The notes: a model not told the origin generated them from the letters alone. Shown: positions 12,318-24,444, counted from the whole stretch's first letter. The stretch: 63,344 nucleotides of DNA, filler included, from Octopus bimaculoides (GCF_001194135.2; 7 parts of 7 records of this genome joined end to end with filler, not necessarily neighbours in it); one strand, 5' to 3'. A program made the numbers and translations.

Positions 12318-12462
12318 ATGTAAGGGTATGACAACACCATGTGATATTGGTTGATGGTGTGATATGGTTGTAAAGATGTGATACCCTCATGTGATATTGG
12401 CTGATGGTAAAATATGGGTGTAAGGATGTTTTAATATTTTGTGAAATTGGTTGATGGTGGCA
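12318..12462. repeat. ~50-bp tandem repeat, about 3 copies
   Basis: The TGTGATATTGGTTGATGGT core recurs at 50-nt spacing. Confidence 0.75.
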
Positions 12463-13741
12463 TACAGCTGCATGAATATACTAACACGTGAAACAGTTAA
12501 TGTTTTTCCATCCAAATAAAATAATTAAAAAAAAAAAAAATAAAAAGAACTATTTGGCCATCTGAAAAACAGACACGAAAGCAAATGAAAACAGATTTGT
12601 TGTAGAAAATTTGGAGCCCTTTGTTGAACAAGTTGTGTGATTCACTTATTTGCTTGCAAAATTTTATGTTCTTCTAAAGACTGAAGAATTGAACATGTCA
12701 TGATTGTCAGCTTTTCATAATTAAAAAAAAAGAAGAAAACAAAGCAAAAACTACATGACCTGTAAGTAATGGAATGACCTTTTTTTTTTCATAATATACA
12801 AATTACATCATAGCTCAAATTATTACATCTTGACGTAATGATTACAGATGACGATAATAATAATGACGATGATGATGATGATGAGGAAACAATATTCTGG
12901 AAATTGGCCACTTAGAATAAAGTATTAAACATTACCGGTTTACTCACAACTTAACAAACAATTTACAATTTAGGTACTTAAATGCAATGATATTTGTCAC
13001 CAGCTCTTTCTGCTTACATAAACTTATATCTTAGCATTAAACTGTTACAATGTTAAAGAGAAAGACTGGAATCTTGTATCATCCTTTAATTGCTACTTAG
13101 AACCAGTTTTTCATGTTTTCTGTACACAAAAGTTCAATTTATTTTAACATTTCTGCTCTTAAAATTGTACCGTTGGGTGGAGTAGTCACCTGGTAGGCAG
13201 AAAGCTGTTTACTTTGTGTCTTTGTAACTTTGAGTAATAGCTCCAAAGTGGAATAAAAAGAAAAAAAATTTAAATAAAAATTGTTGTTGTTATTCCAGTT
13301 GCGTTTATCCTTATGCGTGTGTGTGTGTGTGTGTGAGCATGCTTGTGTCTCCTTGATTTGATATTGTATGATAGTTGTAAATGACTCTCTGCCATACAAG
13401 AAGCATCATTCATTTCCAGTATTCATTGAAAACTTATCTAGGCAAGGGAAAATATTACCCTGAAGGGAAACAGGTAAGCGTTGGTGACAGGAAAGGCATA
13501 CAGGAAAAGAAAATCTGTCCGAATAAATTTCAGCTGACCTATGAAGCATGGCAAAGTAGGTACCATGAAGATTATGATGATTATACACACACACACACAT
13601 CATCATCGTTTAACCGCCACTTTTCCATGTTTGCATGGTTTAGACAAAATTTGTTGAGGCAGATTTTGTATGGCCACACGACCTCCCTGTTGCAAATAAT
13701 ACTCACCTTTGTATATATGAATATATATGTTGTGTGTATGT

Positions 13742-13775
<34 letters not shown>

Positions 13776-13810
13776 ATAAAATGTATATACATACATGCAC
13801 ACATATACAT

Positions 13811-13900
<90 letters not shown>

Positions 13901-14039
13901 TCATCAGCATTCAATGTTTTCTTTCCAGCATTAAACAATTCAGAGGAACATGTTGTGTTCCAGTGTCAGCTTTGGCATAGTTTCTACAATTGGATGCCCT
14001 TCCTAACATCAACCACTTGACAGAGTGTACCAGCACAAA

Positions 14040-14945
14040 TGAGGTCACCTTGCAATTTGCAACACTAAAGGGTGTAAAGAGGCCCCTATAATTGAAAGAG
14101 TATGGGAGAGAGTGATGATTTGAGGTGAGGTGATGAGAGAGGGTAAAGTATGAAAAGAGGAACAGATTGTGAGGGGGTGATTGTGGAGAGAGTTATAAAG
14201 TATACTCTTTGAGGAGATGCATGGAAGGGACAAGGGTAAGAGGGGAGATTTATGTCAGAGGTTGATGAAAAAGAGTTGGAGTGGGGTTAATAGTAAGGGT
14301 GATTAGATAGATCATGTTGGGAGAGTCGGGCTTTCTCAAAATAAGGGTGAGCATGAGTAGAAGGTATGAGGGAAAAGGAACATGAAAGAGCTAAAAAAGA
14401 TGAGGGAGGTGAGGATCCTGAGAGAGTCATTGAAGGAAAGAGTAGTGTGAGGTTGATGGAGTGGGCCTAGAGGAAGGGACGAGAGGGTGTTGAGGGGCCA
14501 AAGAAGCCGTGAGTAGAAAATAGCAAAAGAAAAAGAGGCAGAAGAGAGAGAAAGTGATGGATGACAGTGAGAAAGTATCATAAGTGGTGAGATGAAATGT
14601 GAATGATAGGATCATAACTAGAGTGGGAAGATGGACGAAGGAAGGAAGGGGGTCACAAGCAGAACAACGATGAGGATGGCCCAATGCAGTCTCTCATTCC
14701 TAATAAAGGATGAGAGAGAGTGATGGGGAGATGAGATGATTAAGACTAAAATGTTCTCAGAGTTATCTCCCCTAGGAAGTCTATTGAGCGGACAGAGCAT
14801 TAGAGAGAAGTGAACAGTCATCTGTAGAGGTGTAGATGTTAACAGAAATAGCAGCAAGTAAATTATTAATGCACAGTGGGTAGCATAACTAGCTGAACCT
14901 TGAAGTATGACAGAGTTAAAGGAAAAGAAGGGAGTCAGAGAGGGC
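14040..14945 (-). mobile_element. Highly degenerate LINE-like relic, possibly endonuclease region
   Basis: Strong purine/pyrimidine strand skew and fragments such as LHWAIL...CSACDPLPSFVHL, reminiscent of the SDHxP endonuclease motif. Weak. Confidence 0.3.
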
Positions 14946-14955
14946 TCTATTAGTG

Positions 14956-15239
14956 CAGGGGTTTTCAAACTTTTTGACTTGCGGACCCCTTTATATTTCA
15001 GGCTTTACCTTAGGGACCCCCTTATAAACACTTATGAATATTTGCTTAAAATAACATATATTTTTACATTTATTTATTTAACAGTATTTAACAAATAGGT
15101 TTATTGTCAATTAAAAGATTTCGATTAAAAAACATATATAAAATCAAATTGCCCATAAAAAGTATTTGCTGTCCACGGACACCCTGTCTTGTCCTTGTGG
15201 ACCCCCTGTGGTCCGGGGACCACAGTTTGAAAACCCCTG
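14956..15239. mobile_element. hAT (Charlie-like) MITE with perfect 8-bp TSD
   Basis: 16-bp TIR CAGGGGTTTTCAAACT / AGTTTGAAAACCCCTG. TSD TATTAGTG at 14948-14955 and 15240-15247. Confidence 0.95.
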
Positions 15240-15665
15240 TATTAGTGCATGGTGCAATGGAGCAAATTGATTGACTTGTTAATTCAAGAGATGACAAATG
15301 CATCAATTCCATAAACATGGAACTTAACTAAGAGTTTTAAAGCCAGATACAATTTAATGTTTTGATATTAACGGCAACAGGCATTTCTTTTCATAAAGTT
15401 TACAAAGAATAGAAGCTACAGTTTTGAAATGTAGAAAATGATAGTGGTGATGACTTAAGGAGATACTGACTTAAAATGATAAGGAGGTGATAATAGGTTG
15501 ATGGTTGGCAGAGTTGATAAAGGTTGCCCTTCTTGAGAACATGACAAACTATTGTATATATTCATAGTTTGGAGTAGAGAGACAAGAATTTTAAAGTTTA
15601 GTGAGGAAGGAGCTAGTTCTAGAATAGACATAGGCAACTTTTTTTCTTGCAGTACACCTGGTCTG

Positions 15666-16042
15666 GTGAAGGCGCAATGGCCCAGTGGTTAGGGCAGCGG
15701 ACTCGCGGTCATAGGATCGCAGTTTCGATTCCCAGACCAGGCGTTGTGAGTGTTTATTGAGCGAAAACACCTAAAGCTCCACGAGGCTCCGGCAGGGGAT
15801 AGTGGCAAACCCTGCTGTACTCTTTCACCACAACTTTCTTTCACTCTTACTTCCTGTTTCTGTTGTGCCTGTAATTCAAAGGGTCAGCCTTGTCACACTG
15901 AATATCTCCGAGAACTACATTAAGGGTACACGTGTCTGTAGAGTGCTCAGCCATTTGCACGTTAATTTCACGAGCAGGCTGTTTCGTTGATCGGATCAAC
16001 TGGAACCCTCGACGTCGTAAGCGACAGAGTGCCAACAACAAT
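15666..16042 (+). mobile_element. Family-B tRNA-type SINE, full length, 10-bp TSD
   Basis: Head GGCGCAATGGCCCAGTGGTTAGGGCAGCGGACTC...TTCGATTCCC, tail GAGTGCCAACAACA. TSD ACCTGGTCTG at 15656-15665 and 16043-16052. Confidence 0.92.
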
Positions 16043-16099
16043 ACCTGGTCTGATATTGCTCTTAATTATTGAACAAACACAATATGTAGTACATTGTAC

Positions 16100-17700
16100 A
16101 CCATGTGTTACAGTAAGCAAATCTTGAGCATTTGATCAGGTGAAAGCATAAGTGAATGAGAGAGAAACAAAATTTTGTTCAGATTAACAGAAATGCACTT
16201 GAAGATTATGTTACAAAATTTCAGTTAAAAGTTATTGTAGGTGTACTGTACTTCCACTTTAGGTCACCTCTTCTGATTCATTGTATATATTATGTAATCA
16301 CGACATTATACAAACAAAATTTCCTAAAGGGTGCAAGTTGCTCGTACCTGTTCAGAGATTATAATGTTTTTGGTTGAAGAAAGAGACATAAAAACTAGCC
16401 ACCTTGTTTGGTTTAAAGTGGACAAACAAGTATGCACCTTAGTAATTGTGTTTATGTTGTAGTAAGACAGGTGGAGTAGAGAAAAATAATTTAGGAGATA
16501 TCTTAGGTGTATGAGTGGCAAGTCATCAAGTTTGAGAAATGGTAATGATGAGATTTTCCCTGCTATACTGACAAAATCACCAAAATACTTTGTTGAAATT
16601 TGAGAAGCAATAAAGATTATAGTTCCAGTTGTACATGGACATATTTGATTTTTCATATTTGGTTTTTCTGCAGGAGTTGAAATGGTAGGAGAAATTCCTC
16701 CAGTTAGTATGGGGGAAAACATACATGCATACATTCATAGCCTGGACAATATAAAGAACAATGGGTAGGGAAAGTGAATGAAAGATTTATGTCTGGAAAA
16801 GGAATAATATTTGATGCATATTTTGTATAAAGTATTGTACATGACTGGGGTTGAACTGAATTTCATGGATACAGATGCAAGATAGGGAGGATTGTCCAAC
16901 AGTTCGATTATTCTTGGTATTTGGCTTTCTTTTTTTCTTTTTAATTGGTGTAATCCCCAAGTCAGCTCTGGTTGATAGCTCTCTAAGTTCTCTCCCAAAA
17001 GAGAGGATAGTTTTCTAAAGTTTTTCCTCTCCATTCTTACTCTGACTTCTATACTTTTAGAACATCTAATTCTGCTGCTAATTAGATCATCTCAGTAACA
17101 TAAGCTATCACCCACTTCTGGGGAACTTTACAAGTATTTTAAAGAATTTATTTCATCGGTGTTCTTACATCTAACTACTTAGGTGCATCTCCAATTTATG
17201 AAATCTTCCTTTGCTGCCAGCCATTCTGTGACTCTTTTACACATTTTATGCAGCCATTTCTTAAATTGAGTACACTGTATGGAATTCTTACCTATTCCTT
17301 CTCTGTTTGTTTAGCATAGTCATTCCCAGGTGACAATAGGATTTTGTCTTCTACCCTGCTAAAACTATTGTTTTAATTAGATTTACTTGCAGGTCTATTG
17401 ATTCTAGGCTTTTTCCCAATACATGGAATTTCTTGTTATGGTCTCAAAAGCTATAACAGGAAGGGGCTGAAAATTGATTTCTCCTTTTTCTGAACATCAG
17501 CAAGGATAAATGCACCAGCCATTTCAAATTCACTTTTCCCCAAGAATGTCTTGCTTCACACCAATACACCACCTTGCAATCCAGAACACCTCACACCTTT
17601 AATCTTCTCATCGCAGAATATTGACAACCCTCTTAACTTTAGACTTCCTTCCTTGCTAAGTATACTAAACAGATGTGAAGCTTCTCTTCCAATCTTTCTA
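16100..17700 (-). mobile_element. Possible very old LINE ORF2 relic
   Basis: Broken minus-strand frames with RT-like fragments (LHQLKRKK; IIFIASQISTKY...LPFLKL; RRGD). No intact motif. Confidence 0.25.
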
Positions 17701-17740
17701 AGTCTCTCTATTATCCTTTAGTAGAAAGTGGGTTATATCA

Positions 17741-17781
17741 GCTCAGCGGGCTGCGTGTTCGAATCACGTCGGGGGTCACCA
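17741..17781 (+). pseudogene. Copy of the 3' half of tRNA-Trp including CCA (extended primer-binding site of the adjacent LTR)
   Basis: GGCTGCGTGTTCGAATCACGTCGGGGGTCACCA matches the variable loop, T arm, acceptor stem and CCA of eukaryotic tRNA-Trp(CCA), with one extra G. It lies 1 nt from the LTR end. Not a complete tRNA gene. Confidence 0.85.
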
Positions 17782-17782
17782 G

Positions 17783-18146
17783 TATAGGAAAGTGGGTTAT
17801 ACATCTTTAGATGTATACCTGACTTTCCTACTATAAAATTAAAGAATATAACGGAATGCTGAACTCCAGACTATCAACTTAAACAACACTTTATTTAGGT
17901 GGTAAATATATACATCTTTAGTTCTTGTTGTTACAGCTTCTGATTGTGTGTGAGCATAGTTGTTGGGACGTGGGTATGTAGTTGCAAGCGAGCTGTCGAG
18001 TGTAAGTCCGAAAGATGTAGAGAGACAGCTTAACACGTCCAATGCTCATGGTCGGCCGACCGTAAAAGAGGTAGAATTAAGCGGGAACGCTTGGCTGTTT
18101 AATTCCACGCATGCGTGAGACTACACATGCGCACGGCGTTACTACA
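17783..18146 (-). mobile_element. LTR (Gypsy-like) followed by a tRNA-Trp PBS
   Basis: Minus strand starts TGTAGTAACGCC and ends CCTATA, then C-TGGTGACCCCCGACGTGA (PBS). AATAAA at about 17889-17894. Strongly similar to 22449-22857. Confidence 0.85.
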
Positions 18147-18516
18147 ATCNNNNNNNNNNNNNNNNNNNNNNNNNNNNNNNNNNNNNNNNNNNNTTAATTA
18201 ATTAANNNNNNNNNNNNNNNNNNNNNNNNNNNNNNNNNNNNNNNNNNNNTATATATTTATATATTTGATCCTTTATATTGAACACTCAATATTTCATCTA
18301 CATTCAATACTTTCTTTCATGGTGCCATCCATTTTTATTTTATTTTATTTTATATTATATATTGTATATTCCATATTCTATACCCCACATTGGTTCTGCA
18401 GGAATATAAATAAAACATAAAAAAACAGACAGTGTTGGAACTCTTTTAAACAAAATAATATATTCCTCTATACACAATCATACAAAAAACCCACCTTTTT
18501 TGTATTTATTTTTACT

Positions 18517-18553
<37 letters not shown>

Positions 18554-18967
18554 TTAAATAATAAGGGTGAAAAATTGAATATTAATTTGATTAATATCAA
18601 TTTAAAACCAGTAGCCTAGCATATACGGGCCACCTGATAGGATCAGTATTTTAAATAACAATCTTATCCTTATATATATATATTGTATTTTCTAAATTTG
18701 AGGGTGCACCATCGAATTGTGAGTGAGATGCAGTGCCATCCAGTGCACCCCATTTAGCGACGGGCAAGGGTGCCCTAAGCAGAGCCGCAGTCCAATGCCT
18801 GAGACAACTATAAGATAAAAGATGAAACAATACAGCACACTTCTGAGTGTAAGGTTAAGGAAGTAGAACAAGGGAGGAAACTCTCAAAGAATATCATCAT
18901 CGCTATCCTTGTCTGTCATTTTATCAATGACTAATGTCACCTGTCGTTTATATTGCAAAGTGAGTGA

Positions 18968-19140
18968 AGGCGACAAGCTGGCGGAATCGTTAGCACGTCG
19001 TACAAAATGCTTAGCGGCATTTCGTCCGTCTTTACGTTCAGAGTTCAAATTCCGCCGGAATTGATTTTTATCTTTTATCATTTCGGGGTCGATAAAATAA
19101 AGTACCTGTTGAACACTGAGAACGATGTAATCGATTTATT
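18968..19140 (+). mobile_element. Family-A SINE, 3' truncated
   Basis: GGCGACAAGCTGGCGGAATCGTTAGCAC...GAGTTCAAATTCCGCCG. Confidence 0.85.
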
Positions 19141-19159
19141 AAAAAAATTTTTTTTTTTT

Positions 19160-19410
19160 TGATGCGCCCTTTTTAAAGCCTAGCCAGGCTCAAGGGCCCG
19201 GTTTCCCGGTTTCTATGGCATGTGTGTGTTCCCCAGCTGGACGGGACGCCAGTCCATCGCAGCGATACTCATTTTTGCCAGCTGAGTGGACTGGAGCAAC
19301 GTGAAACGAAGTGTTTTGCTCAACAACACAACGTGTCGCCCGGTCCAGGAATCGAAACCGCAATCTTACGATTATGATGCTGACACCCTAACCACTAAGC
19401 CACGAGCCTC
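19160..19410 (-). mobile_element. tRNA-type SINE, family-B-related head
   Basis: Reverse complement GGAGGCTCGTGGCTTAGTGGTTAG...GGTTTCGATTCCC...CCAGTCCACTCAGCTGGC. Confidence 0.8.
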
Positions 19411-19962
19411 CACAATCGATTTATTCCCTTCTCCAAAATTGCTGGCCTTGTGCCCAAATTTGAAGCAATATGACAAGACACTTATCGTCTTTCTCTGTAT
19501 GACACAATTTGTAATGCTCTGACATTGTCACGTTAGACTGTCCGTCATAACATGTCTTAGTGAGACATTGATATTTTTCCTTTCTTTTCAATTGTTTATT
19601 TTGTTTTATTATGGGTCAACGTGTAACCCAGTCCGTCAGCAAGTTGTTGGTAATATCTATCTTCGCTTGTAATTCTGTCACCGTATCTCACCTTGCGTTG
19701 TTAACTGATAGTCTGTGTGACCTCGGATTTATCATAAGGCATTATCTATTTATATTTATTAAGTGTTATATTACAATCTGTGGTGATCAAAAAACAGCAT
19801 CGATATTGACAGATTTTCAGCCAGATTAATCTGTCGGTGATAGCGACAATAAATGTCCTTCAAGATTTTCCTCCATACAACACCAATAATCTGATTTTCT
19901 CATTTATTTATATCAGCAAACGAGCGTCAGATAGAACCTGAATGTCAAAAAGTTACAATGGA

Positions 19963-20600
19963 GGTTTCAAATTTTGGCACAAGGACAGTAATTTTAGGGG
20001 AGGGTGCACTTGATTATCCTAACCCTAGTAATTAGCTGGTACATGTTTTATCGACCCCGACAGGATGAAAGGCAACGCCAACTTCGGCGGAATTGGAGCT
20101 CAGAACATAAAGAGCCGGAAGAAATGCCGCTAAGCATTTTGTCCGATGGGCTAACGCTTCTCGCCGGCTTACCGCCTTAAGATTATAAAAACAGAAAAGG
20201 ATCAAAGGTCCTCCTCAACCATTAGCTCATAAAGCCTGTTTTTCTGATTCTATGGTGTATATATTCCCCTATTGGATGGGACGCCGGCCCCTCGCGGGAT
20301 TACTCGTTTTTGTCCGCTGAGAGGACTGGAGTAACATAAAATGAAGTCTTTTGCACTCGCATCGCCTGTGTAAGAACTGAAACCACAATCTTACGATCAC
20401 GAGTGCAACACCCTAACTACTAAGCCACGCGCCTTCACTAAGATTATGATAATGGTTTCAAATTTTGGCACAAGGCCAGCAATTTTGGGGGAGGGGATAA
20501 GTCGATTACATCGACCCCGGAGTTCAACTGGTACTTATTTTATCAATCCCGAAAGGATGAAAGGCAAAGCCAACTTCGGCGAAATTTGAACTTCGGTGGG
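19963..20600 (-). mobile_element. SINE cluster: A (19963-20176), B-related (~20195-20436), A fragment (20452-20600)
   Basis: Similarity to the other copies. TAAGATTAT is repeated on both sides of the middle SINE. Confidence 0.8.
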
Positions 20601-21516
20601 ATTTGAAACCAGAAATTTGGCGTGAGAGACTTTGTTTTCATTAATCCTGGAGGATGAAGTTGATCTCGACATGATATAGCAGGTATCTCCAAAAACTGTA
20701 TGATAAAGGAAAATTAAATGAAACGACCTAATATGGTGACAGCTACTTGGACCAGTCTGGGAATCCTATAGGCCTCGTGTTATCCAGAGTCCCAAATAAA
20801 GTGCACTCTCCCAGTTGTATTTCAGAAACAACACTACCTCTTTGCCCTCGCGCTGACCGAAAGGTGTACACCCAGTAGTCATCGAAGAAATACACCCATC
20901 CGGGCGTGTATCCCGAAACACCAGGTCTCACTTATCGCGATCACATTTAAATCTACATATGCATGCTGTGAATAGGCCGTTTATTCGAGCCATACTCACA
21001 ATCCTCGCACAACCTTTATCAAATTTACTGGCAGCAACTCCTACCCACTCTCTCTCTCTCTTCCTCCTTCTCTCTGTATCTTTCTTTCTCTCTCACCTTC
21101 CTCTCCAAGCATTATTTGAAGAAATTGATAAGTACTTCGTCGAACAAGAGAGCACCAGTCGTCAGTCCTACCTATTTCATCAGACATACAAACCTCTTTC
21201 ACTATTGTCACTAAGCAGAGAAAACTTAATGCTTTGTCAAGGAATGTGATTGAGCGATAGATTCAATTGATGGCTTACAAGTGACAACAGCGTTTCAGCA
21301 CAACTCCACAAGTCAGAAAAGCTTTGATACTGAACGAAGGCATGCAGAACGGTTTCATCGCTGTGCCTGTAGAATCTCTCGCTAACCCTAACAGGCCAGG
21401 GTTTCAGTGAGTTGTATATAGTTTATAGGTTAAAACTCATTCGGAATAGACCGGTCAGTTGATCTTCGTCGGCGCCCACTATCGCCATGAGAATGTTGTC
21501 ACCCTTACCTCTGTAG

Positions 21517-21662
21517 CAGGCATGGGCAGCCTTTGTGGAGAAGTGGGCCATATGGAACAGGGCTCAGCACCAGGTAGGCCGCACTACTAAAAAAATTCAA
21601 GTTAATTTTTCGTTAGTTGTGCCATTTAGTAATTCTTGCGGGCTGCAGTTTGCTCACGTCTG
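21517..21662. mobile_element. Degenerate hAT MITE
   Basis: CAGGCATGGGCAGC...GGGCCATATGG...GCGGGCTGCAGTTTGCTCACGTCTG: Charlie-type termini. TSD only partly conserved. Confidence 0.55.
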
Positions 21663-22299
21663 TTTTATAGAGTACAAGAGTTGACAGATCACTGACCTCT
21701 TTGACAGGCTAGTACAAAAATGCTTGCACCCATCATCATTCTAAATACCTGATGCTCAAACCCGATTAGATGAAAACTGTAATATCGCACGACAAAATAA
21801 ATAATGTCCTGTGCCCATCACAGTTAGCAGTAAGGTGCTACTGGAAAATCTGTACTCATCTTCTTGGATTCAAATTGTACATACCTAAGGTGGTCCAACA
21901 AAAACCTAATTATAATTTTCTTGCCACGTTGAGCTCCTATCACTTGTGCCAGTCCTGAATGTTTGTTGCCCCATTAACTATTACCCCGCTAATCTATTAT
22001 TTTCTCTTTCTTTGTTTAACCTGTACAAATCTAAAACTACATTTCTCATTTTCAATTTCATTGCCCCTACTGCCTTAAACAAAGGATCTACTGGATAATG
22101 TAATCCAAAGCAGGAACTCTAAGAGAAATCCTATCAGAGACTACATAGTTTCTTCCTAAAATGTGAAGGTTGGTCTTTATTGTACGCACTCCTTTTCTGA
22201 CCTTTGAAAACTCCCGAACCGGAAATCTTTTATCATAATCTCTGATCCATAGTAGGAGACTATGATTGAACAAAGTACAGTCATATTCGAAAGAATCCA

Positions 22300-22429
22300 G
22301 GTAAAAAAGTCACATGGGTTTTGTCCGGGGGACTTTGTCCGAGGGGGTTTTGTCCGGATCCCATAAATTAATTGTGACTTTTTTTCTTCTGTGGCATTTT
22401 TTCCTAGCCAAAATTGTGACTTTATTACC
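22300..22429. mobile_element. Small MITE-like element with subterminal repeats
   Basis: GGTAAAAAAGTCACA / TGTGACTTTATTACC inverted ends, with an internal TTTGTCCG repeat x3. Confidence 0.45.
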
Positions 22430-22448
22430 GGTCATCGTTTGAAATACC

Positions 22449-22857
22449 TATAGGAAAGTTGGTTATACATCATTAGATGTATACCTGACTTTCCTATATA
22501 AAATTAAAGAATATAACGGAACGCTGAACTCCAGACTATCAACTTAAACGACATTTATTTAGGTGGTAAATATATACATCTTTAGCTCTTGTTGTTACAG
22601 CTTCTATGTGTGTGAGCATAGTTGTTGGGACGTTGTTATGTAGATGTGATCGAGCTGCCGAGTGTAAGTCCGAAAGATGGAGAGTGACAGCTATACACGT
22701 AAAGAGACTGTCTCCAGAGTTGGAATGTTAGAGACACTGCTTGACACGTCCATGCTCTATTGCTGGCCAGCAAGAAAGAGAAATGAATTGAGCGGGAACG
22801 CTTGGTTGTTTAATTCTACGCATGCGTGAGACTACGCATGCGCACGGCGTTACTACA
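22449..22857 (-). mobile_element. Solo LTR with 4-bp TSD (TACC)
   Basis: Same family as 17783-18146, with a ~46-bp extra internal block. TACC at 22445-22448 and 22858-22861. Termini TGTAG...CCTATA. Confidence 0.88.
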
Positions 22858-23682
22858 TACCTTACTTCGGGCCTGTTGTATCAAAGTTGACCCGAGGTGG
22901 ACAACAAGAGCAACGGCAAGATATACACAGGCCATTGAGAGTGCTTCTCCATGGTCACTCAACCTGATTAAAATAGCAGCCAAATTTCGCTCATGCTACA
23001 GCCAGCCGCCTTAAAATAATAGAAAAAAAAATACACTGGATATTGTAGTTCTTAATAAGCTAAAAATGGGAGAGGTAGGCAGCTGGAATGTCTTTGATCG
23101 TAGTTCCGCTCAATAAACGCTGACCTGGGGCTAAACAAACTTTTGTCTCAACTTTAAAGACAACATTCATTGAATATACCTGAAGTCAAAAGCCTTCTAG
23201 CAGTAACCATGTCATTTTTTTTTATAGGCATATAGAATCTATTTTTCACAGTAATTTATCTATGATAGTTACGGAATTGTTCAACCATTTCCCTACTTTG
23301 TCGAGATATGAACCTTCTCACCCAAAAGTGTCCTTCTTTGCTTTTCAGGTGATTTCAAAGAGATTTAACTGCTATTTCTATTTCAAGTAAAAATTCCCTC
23401 TTTGATTGTCTACTGTTCCTTTTGTTTTAGTTTGACACGAATGCCGTATCATTGATTGGAAATGTTCAATTCAAGAAAGCACAAAAATCTTTCTTCCTCC
23501 TCCTCCTCTCTCTCTTTCTGTCTCCAACTCACCAATTCTTTACAATATTGATGTATCATTCCAAAACTTCGCTGAATATTGGGCAATTGGTTAAAAGATC
23601 GTGGATTTTCCACATCTCTTACCACATCGTTCTTTCATGGCTCTGATGTATTTGAACCTTTACAGTTGTATGTACAAGGACC

Positions 23683-23950
23683 TCTTTGTTTCTCAACCCT
23701 TTTTGCCTAGTATGTTCTCACTCCCAGTACGCCAAACCATTCAAAATCAACACCACGAGCGATTCTATTAGGGTGCCTGTATCAATTAAAAACAGAAACG
23801 TCAACAGTATGATTTTAATTTACATGCGGATGACCAAAAGTAGTAGAGGAAAAAAAACAAACAAAGATTTTCACATAAATTTACAGAAAGATCAAGTCCC
23901 ATACTATCAGAATTTGATTCCCATGCCCACAGAGGGTTAAGAAACCCCTG
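23683..23950. mobile_element. Degenerate hAT MITE
   Basis: GTTTCTCAACCCT (23688) pairs with AGGGTTAAGAAACCCCTG (to 23950). Left terminus and TSD eroded. Confidence 0.45.
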
Positions 23951-24444
23951 CTTTAAGGAAGGTAGAAATGAGATATACGCTTAAGCCTTTACCGAAGACA
24001 CGACCCGTGAAACATGAAGCGAAATGGTAGTCTCTGCTTACTTCATGTGCTTGCCTCTGTTACATGTTTATGTAGATACAGTGAGTGACACTGTCAAAAG
24101 CCTTCTTTGTGTTCTTCTTAACTTTCCATTTTAAATCAACACCCACACAATCGAGTGACATAATTGACAAACGTGACTCGGTAGTAGTGGCAGAACTAAG
24201 AGAAAAATATCTTTTTTATTCTCAGAAATTTATCTAGTTACGGAACTGTTCGATCATTTCCGTAGTTTGTCGAGATATGAACCTTCTCACCCATTTTAAA
24301 AATGTTTACATGACGTTTGTTTTTCAACATCTTTCTCTCACACGGCTGTTGTTGATAATAAAATGACGATAATTTTCCGCCGCGATCGGTGTTTCGTTCA
24401 CGATTTCAGTCACAAGAGTGTTGCGACCACTAATATCCACCACC

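Noticed and set aside
15666-15745. tRNA-like cloverleaf heads in the SINEs
   Set aside because: They continue into SINE bodies with TSDs and lack a proper acceptor stem, so they are not tRNA genes.
17783-22857. Full-length LTR retrotransposon bounded by the two LTR copies
   Set aside because: The upstream copy has its own TSD and no PBS, the PBS follows the downstream copy, and no gag-pol lies between them.
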